From: Paraspadella gotoi
Lineage: Eukaryota > Animalia > Chaetognatha
Direction: 5' to 3'
DNA: 14,138 nucleotides
Assembly (NCBI GenBank): GCA_051294375.1
Contig: JBJCIZ010000465.1
Coordinates: forward strand, 1-14,138
The notes below the pieces were generated by a model. The model saw only the letters and a program-made list of their open reading frames with translations, searched no databases and was not told the DNA's origin. Each line of letters opens with the position of its first letter. Position 1 is the stretch's first letter. Shown in pieces: positions 8,547 to 14,138 of the stretch. The translations under genes and the position numbers were made by a program.

Positions 8547-8823
8547 TATGGTGGACTAAAATCCACCGCCCGTTCATCCGTGGCCATTGATGCATGAAGC
8601 GGACTTCCAAACACAACAGCAACAACACTTTCAGGAAACATGCCTCAAACTGGCGATGCACTTTCCGACAACAACACATCAGGTGACATGCCTCAACTTG
8701 GGGATGAACTTTCCACCAACAACAACAATTCACTGAAGAGATGCAACAGACTTCTACCTAGGAGAGGGGGGTATGTATGGAGGACTAAAATCCACCAACC
8801 GTTCATCAGCGGCCATTGGTGCA
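8547..8823 (+). repeat. 48-bp direct repeat pair enclosing a 48-bp tandem duplication
   Basis: 8547-8594 and 8776-8823 match at 42/48 positions; internal tandem units at 8631-8678 and 8679-8726 (tcagg..acatgcctcaa..tgg.gatg.actttcc..caacaaca). Confidence 0.85.
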
Positions 8824-9170
8824 GGTGGCAAGTAATTCAACTCACAACCCAAAAGTCCGAGTTTATAGCCCGGTGGTCACCTGGTAGTTAAGAAAGACGA
8901 GGCGCTTAACCCGCCTGTAACACGGTGTTACTGCCTGATCCTAAGCACAGGGACTGCTTATATTGAACGGTTCTGTCACCAACACACCACTCATTACTGT
9001 CTCTTCATTATGCCTCTTTTTGGATTTGATTTCCTTATTAACTATACTTTTGATTTGTTATTGCTCCATTTTAACCCCAAAAGTACATGCTGCATGAAAG
9101 CATAATAAAAGTAACCGCAGTGATATGGCCTTAAGTATTAAAGCGGGTCAGAATTTAACATTTTTTGCAA
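8760..9170 (+). mobile_element. Possible PPT and 3' LTR remnant of a separate plus-strand LTR element
   Basis: AGGAGAGGGGGG (8760-8771), 2 nt, then TGT (8774); degenerate TATA at ~8959, TCATT at 8991, AATAAA at 9104; locally higher GC. Right boundary is a guess. Confidence 0.4.
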
Positions 9171-10357
9171 TATGAAAAGTCTGCAATAAAAATATTTTGT
9201 CCTTTTACAACCAAATTGACTTATGCTGTTAGATTTTGATTAAATTAATTTTACTCAGGCATGAAAGCATTTTAATATTTAACAATAAATAAAAAATGTT
9301 AAATTTTTTTTAAAAAATTTAATTTTTTAAAAATGGATTCTGATAAACGGGCTAAAATTTGAAAAAGACCTAATAAAATCATCATCATCATTCATTAAAT
9401 TTTATAGTTTTTGTTAATTTTTTTAGATAAATCATTAAAATTTGAAAAAGTTGTAATAATAACCTTCTTCTAACTTTTCAAGCTCTATTAGAATCTGTTA
9501 AAAAAATAAAAAAATATTTAAAAAAAATTGTTTAACATTATATATTATTTGGATAATACAAAATGCAGTACTGGAAACCTAGAATGTCGTAAGTCTGTAC
9601 ATGGAATAACTTTTCCATTTATAGGGTATATAGCTTTAGGATTTTATAGAAATTTGTTTGGATGTCTGGCTATTGCCCTTTGAAGCAATTTTTCAAATAA
9701 ATAATCCTAAACCACTTAAAAATTGAATAAAATTTTTTTAAAAGACTTAATAAAAAAAAATTAATTATGATAGTTTTGTTTCACTTGGTAATTAGATCAA
9801 GAGTTGTTTATATTTTGTGGTAATAACATGTTTAGGGAATAAAAAAATATTATCATTGATTCCTCTATCGATTTTTAAAATTGTCAAAATTTTTTATCTT
9901 TTTTACTATCGTTTTGTAGTATGCTAAATGTTTTTCTGATTACACAAAATAAAATTTAAGAACTAAAAAATTACCAATAGTTAGTGCTATGTTTCAAATA
10001 GATAAAATAAAACCTCATTTAAAAATTTTATCTAGAATAGGGGTAACTAAGTCTTACCAATAGAATATTCCACACCGATCGTTCTTTAAAATATTTTTTT
10101 TTAGTCGGATCTGCTTATCAGCAGATCCCGACTCTATAATTCACTTTGTCGGTCCGCCCCCTCAATATTGTCGGGCACTAACTAATATCATGTCAGAAAA
10201 TCGAATTATGATAAATTATGCAAAAAAAAATGATGTCCGTCCGTCCGTCCGTCCGTCTGTCTGTCTGTCCCACCTTAGCAAAAAACACCAATTACTCGTG
10301 ATTAGACGGATGGATTTGAATAAAGTTTTGTGTGTGGATAGGTAAGTGTGTGATTGA

Positions 10358-11178
10358 NNNNNNNNNNNNNNNNNNNNNNNNNNNNNNNNNNNNNNNNNNN
10401 NNNNNNNNNNNNNNNNNNNNNNNNNNNNNNNNNNNNNNNNNNNNNNNNNNNNNNNNNNNNNNNNNNNNNNNNNNNNNNNNNNNNNNNNNNNNNNNNNNNN
10501 NNNNNNNNNNNNNNNNNNNNNNNNNNNNNNNNNNNNNNNNNNNNNNNNNNNNNNNNNNNNNNNNNNNNNNNNNNNNNNNNNNNNNNNNNNNNNNNNNNNN
10601 NNNNNNNNNNNNNNNNNNNNNNNNNNNNNNNNNNNNNNNNNNNNNNNNNNNNNNNNNNNNNNNNNNNNNNNNNNNNNNNNNNNNNNNNNNNNNNNNNNNN
10701 NNNNNNNNNNNNNNNNNNNNNNNNNNNNNNNNNNNNNNNNNNNNNNNNNNNNNNNNNNNNNNNNNNNNNNNNNNNNNNNNNNNNNNNNNNNNNNNNNNNN
10801 NNNNNNNNNNNNNNNNNNNNNNNNNNNNNNNNNNNNNNNNNNNNNNNNNNNNNNNNNNNNNNNNNNNNNNNNNNNNNNNNNNNNNNNNNNNNNNNNNNNN
10901 NNNNNNNNNNNNNNNNNNNNNNNNNNNNNNNNNNNNNNNNNNNNNNNNNNNNNNNNNNNNNNNNNNNNNNNNNNNNNNNNNNNNNNNNNNNNNNNNNNNN
11001 NNNNNNNNNNNNNNNNNNNNNNNNNNNNNNNNNNNNNNNNNNNNNNNNNNNNNNNNNNNNNNNNNNNNNNNNNNNNNNNNNNNNNNNNNNNNNNNNNNNN
11101 NNNNNNNNNNNNNNNNNNNNNNNNNNNNNNNNNNNNNNNNNNNNNNNNNNNNNNNNNNNNNNNNNNNNNNNNNNNNNN
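10358..11178. other. Assembly gap (N run)
   Basis: All N; the X-rich ORFs here are artefacts. Confidence 1.
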
Positions 11179-11324
11179 GAGAGAGAGAGTGAGAGAGAAG
11201 GAGACATAAAATAAAATAAAATGTAAAATAAAATGTAAACAAAACATTTAATAACTGTCCTGACTCAATTTTAAGGACATCGATGATGACAAGCTGAATA
11301 TAAATTATAATTAATTATTAAAAT

Positions 11325-11366
11325 TAATTAATTAATTAATTAATCGATTAATTAATTAATTAATTA
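11325..11366. repeat. (TTAA)n tract forming a perfect 42-bp palindrome centred on ATCGAT
   Basis: Pairing checked base by base outward from 11345/11346. Confidence 0.9.
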
Positions 11367-12224
11367 TCGTAGGCAGATCCAATATTTTTTGCTCAAACTT
11401 GTTATTTAATACATTTGAAAGGGACTGGTACTGTAACTTCCATGCATTTAACTATAAGATAAATCTTAAATTTGTTTGTTTTTTACGATCTTTAATAAAC
11501 ACATTAACAATATTTATACCAAACTTCTGTTAGTTTGTAACGTGTTCCACCTTATTAAGTATATATGCTACTACCAGGCCCAAAACTGAAAAAAATATTT
11601 TTAGGTGACTGATAGATTAGTAGTTTGATAAATGATAAATTGAAATAAGAGAAAAAGACTCGTAATAAAAATGTGGATGCACAAATTTAAAGATATGCTT
11701 GAAAATATGTAACGTTCGATCAGAAAAATTATATAAAAATATATCAAAGACTCTGCAGAAAATTGTTTCTGATTTTCTATGCTTTGGGTCGCCCGTTTGA
11801 GGCGTCGCCCGCACAAAATGTACAACAAGAGTTAATGTTAATGAATATTTTATTACTGCATCAAAAAAACTCGTAGAAACTTATTTTCATACGAGTAGAC
11901 GTTTTAATGATTCGAACATTAGTTAGAATGACAATATCACAGGAAACCAGACTAAAAATTGACCTTAAAATGCTGATAAAGCTAGTGGTCAGACGGGTTG
12001 ACCAGGAAAAGAGAGAGACTCAAATAATGAGCCTATGCGAGGTAAATTATTCTTCAGATTCAAATCACCCAACATTGCATTGCATCTTATCATCAAAGTC
12101 AAAGCTTACTCGAATTCTTCGCCTCCTCTCATATGATTTACTTGACTCATAATTTAACTGATTATGTAAAAAGATTTAAGATACCTTTGCCGTTTTGCAC
12201 TATTTTTGGCGAATAGAATATCAC

Positions 12225-13066
12225 NNNNNNNNNNNNNNNNNNNNNNNNNNNNNNNNNNNNNNNNNNNNNNNNNNNNNNNNNNNNNNNNNNNNNNNNNNNN
12301 NNNNNNNNNNNNNNNNNNNNNNNNNNNNNNNNNNNNNNNNNNNNNNNNNNNNNNNNNNNNNNNNNNNNNNNNNNNNNNNNNNNNNNNNNNNNNNNNNNNN
12401 NNNNNNNNNNNNNNNNNNNNNNNNNNNNNNNNNNNNNNNNNNNNNNNNNNNNNNNNNNNNNNNNNNNNNNNNNNNNNNNNNNNNNNNNNNNNNNNNNNNN
12501 NNNNNNNNNNNNNNNNNNNNNNNNNNNNNNNNNNNNNNNNNNNNNNNNNNNNNNNNNNNNNNNNNNNNNNNNNNNNNNNNNNNNNNNNNNNNNNNNNNNN
12601 NNNNNNNNNNNNNNNNNNNNNNNNNNNNNNNNNNNNNNNNNNNNNNNNNNNNNNNNNNNNNNNNNNNNNNNNNNNNNNNNNNNNNNNNNNNNNNNNNNNN
12701 NNNNNNNNNNNNNNNNNNNNNNNNNNNNNNNNNNNNNNNNNNNNNNNNNNNNNNNNNNNNNNNNNNNNNNNNNNNNNNNNNNNNNNNNNNNNNNNNNNNN
12801 NNNNNNNNNNNNNNNNNNNNNNNNNNNNNNNNNNNNNNNNNNNNNNNNNNNNNNNNNNNNNNNNNNNNNNNNNNNNNNNNNNNNNNNNNNNNNNNNNNNN
12901 NNNNNNNNNNNNNNNNNNNNNNNNNNNNNNNNNNNNNNNNNNNNNNNNNNNNNNNNNNNNNNNNNNNNNNNNNNNNNNNNNNNNNNNNNNNNNNNNNNNN
13001 NNNNNNNNNNNNNNNNNNNNNNNNNNNNNNNNNNNNNNNNNNNNNNNNNNNNNNNNNNNNNNNNNC
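12225..13066. other. Assembly gap (N run)
   Basis: All N. Confidence 1.
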
Positions 13067-14138
13067 CTCGCGTCCCCCGAACGTTATTGGCAAGTCCTGG
13101 AAACACCTTTCGGTTTCTCGATGAAGGGCAAGCGTCTGTCGGCATCTCGCAGTGACCAACAATTATCCGCGAAGGACGGCGATCTCGCTGCGGTCGATGA
13201 AGGCGGTGGCCGCCAGCGAGCGATGTGCTTCGATTGCCGCAGTCCTCGCCTCTTGCGCTCGTGTCACGCAGAGCTCGTGCCATATGGCCTTGGTGAGAGA
13301 GTCAATGTTTTTTTGGTTGTCCTGCGCGAGCTTTGATGCGGCCTTGTGGAGCGCCTCCATCACCGAGGTGTCTCGCCTCAGGCCTTGGATCCGGCCTTCT
13401 GCGTAGAAGAAATGCAGAGAGGACATCTCGTCGACCACCAATCCGCAGCTGGAGATTCTTGTCTTCCTGCTGGTCAGCCTGAGGGTAAAGGCGGCGTGTG
13501 ATTTTATTCCACTGAATTCCACAAAAGTTCTAAGTCTCGCTCTGGCTTTGCTTTGTTTTGGTCTTCTAGCCTCGTCCTGCGGAGGTGTTGGCGGCGGTGG
13601 TGGCGTTTCCTTCGGTCTGCCGTTTTCACGGTTTGTTGCCTTCTTGCAGAGCTTTTTGCATGCTTTTAAGCGCTTTACATGCGCGAATTTGTCCTTCACA
13701 GAGAAGCTCTTCCATGGGACCTCAGATTCTTTGACTATGGCCGTGGCTAACAGGTGCGTATCTCGCACCCCCAGTGGGGCGAACAACTTGTACAGTCTAG
13801 CTGCTGTGTCTTTGCCCCTGAATTTGATTGCCGTTTTGGCGAAGTTGGCGAATTTCGCCAGGGCTTCAGATGGTTGCCATTTCTTTGTGGCGTTTTTGAT
13901 CCTGTCAGCGGCGTCATTTGCTAGCTTTGCCGCTTTGGCCCTTTCGGGGGCTTTCCTTTCTCTGACTTTGGGCACGGTAATAATAAGTAATTGTAATTTT
14001 CGAAAGCTTTATTAGTGCTTTGAACATCATCTAATTCGTCAGTTACAACTGCGACTTTGCGCCTAAATTCGAATTTATCCCGCCGGAAATTTCTGTCTGT
14101 GCGGGTCTGCCTGCCTTGCCAGCGTTTGTCGTTCCCCC
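13067..14138 (-). mobile_element. Fragment of a second, divergent Gypsy element of the same lineage (Gag C-terminus to start of protease)
   Basis: ORF 13163-13975 aligns without gaps to the pre-protease domain of element 1. The upstream frame reads RRKVAVVTDELDD (cf. RRDIVDLTENLDI). After an in-frame TAA at 13165-13163 the frame continues to DLPITFGGRE, resembling the strand just before a protease DTG, then enters the gap. Confidence 0.75.

Larger units (their letters stand above)
10103..11403 (+). mobile_element. DINE-1/HINE-like non-autonomous Helentron-type element (interior is an N gap)
   Basis: After a T run, 5' hairpin AGTCGGATCTGCT-tatc-AGCAGATCCCGACT (10103-10133); (GTCC)5(GTCT)3GTCC microsatellite at 10235-10270; 3' subterminal GCAGATCC (11373-11380) inverted relative to GGATCTGC (10107-10114); ends AAACTTGTT. 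Joining the two ends across the gap is inferred. Confidence 0.65.

Noticed and set aside
8547-8823. CRISPR-like repeat-spacer array
   Set aside because: Only two diverged repeats with a repetitive interior, in a eukaryotic context with no cas genes.
9465-9510. Possible minus-strand mini-exon after tttttttaacag (ILIELEKLEE)
   Set aside because: No similarity to GH29 and a weak donor.
9550-9730. Minus-strand IQFLSGLG/LFEKLL resembling a LINE RT motif
   Set aside because: Needs a frameshift, is short, lies in very AT-rich DNA and has no supporting downstream motifs.
11826-11834. AAGAGTTAA as a piggyBac-like end
   Set aside because: No matching inverted terminus found in the called sequence.
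11907-12152. 81-aa plus-strand ORF or possible upstream fucosidase exon
   Set aside because: No recognisable motifs on either strand.
10216-13336. Long ORFs of 286-376 aa
   Set aside because: Composed almost entirely of X; artefacts of the N gaps.

Overview
Eukaryotic (invertebrate-like, AT-rich, intron-containing) genomic DNA dominated by transposable elements. Bases 1-~7480 are a minus-strand Ty3/Gypsy LTR retrotransposon: a 5' LTR with TATA/Inr/polyA signals, a tRNA-Leu-type PBS, a frameshift-riddled gag, then protease, RT, RNase H and integrase. The 3' LTR lies outside the window. Two extra modules stand out. An OTU-deubiquitinase-like segment that seems to lack its catalytic residues, followed by an AT-hook-like motif, sits between RNase H and integrase. 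A 73-aa basic domain I do not recognise sits between Gag and protease and is conserved (28/73 identical, no gaps) in a second, divergent element at 13067-14138. Between the elements are two clean minus-strand exons of a GH29 alpha-L-fucosidase, whose apparent next exon is cut off after 4 codons next to a repeat end. The same interval holds DINE-1/HINE-like (Helentron-type non-autonomous) repeats, a probable PPT+LTR remnant and two ~0.8-kb N gaps. All calls are by-eye motif recognition; no searches were run.
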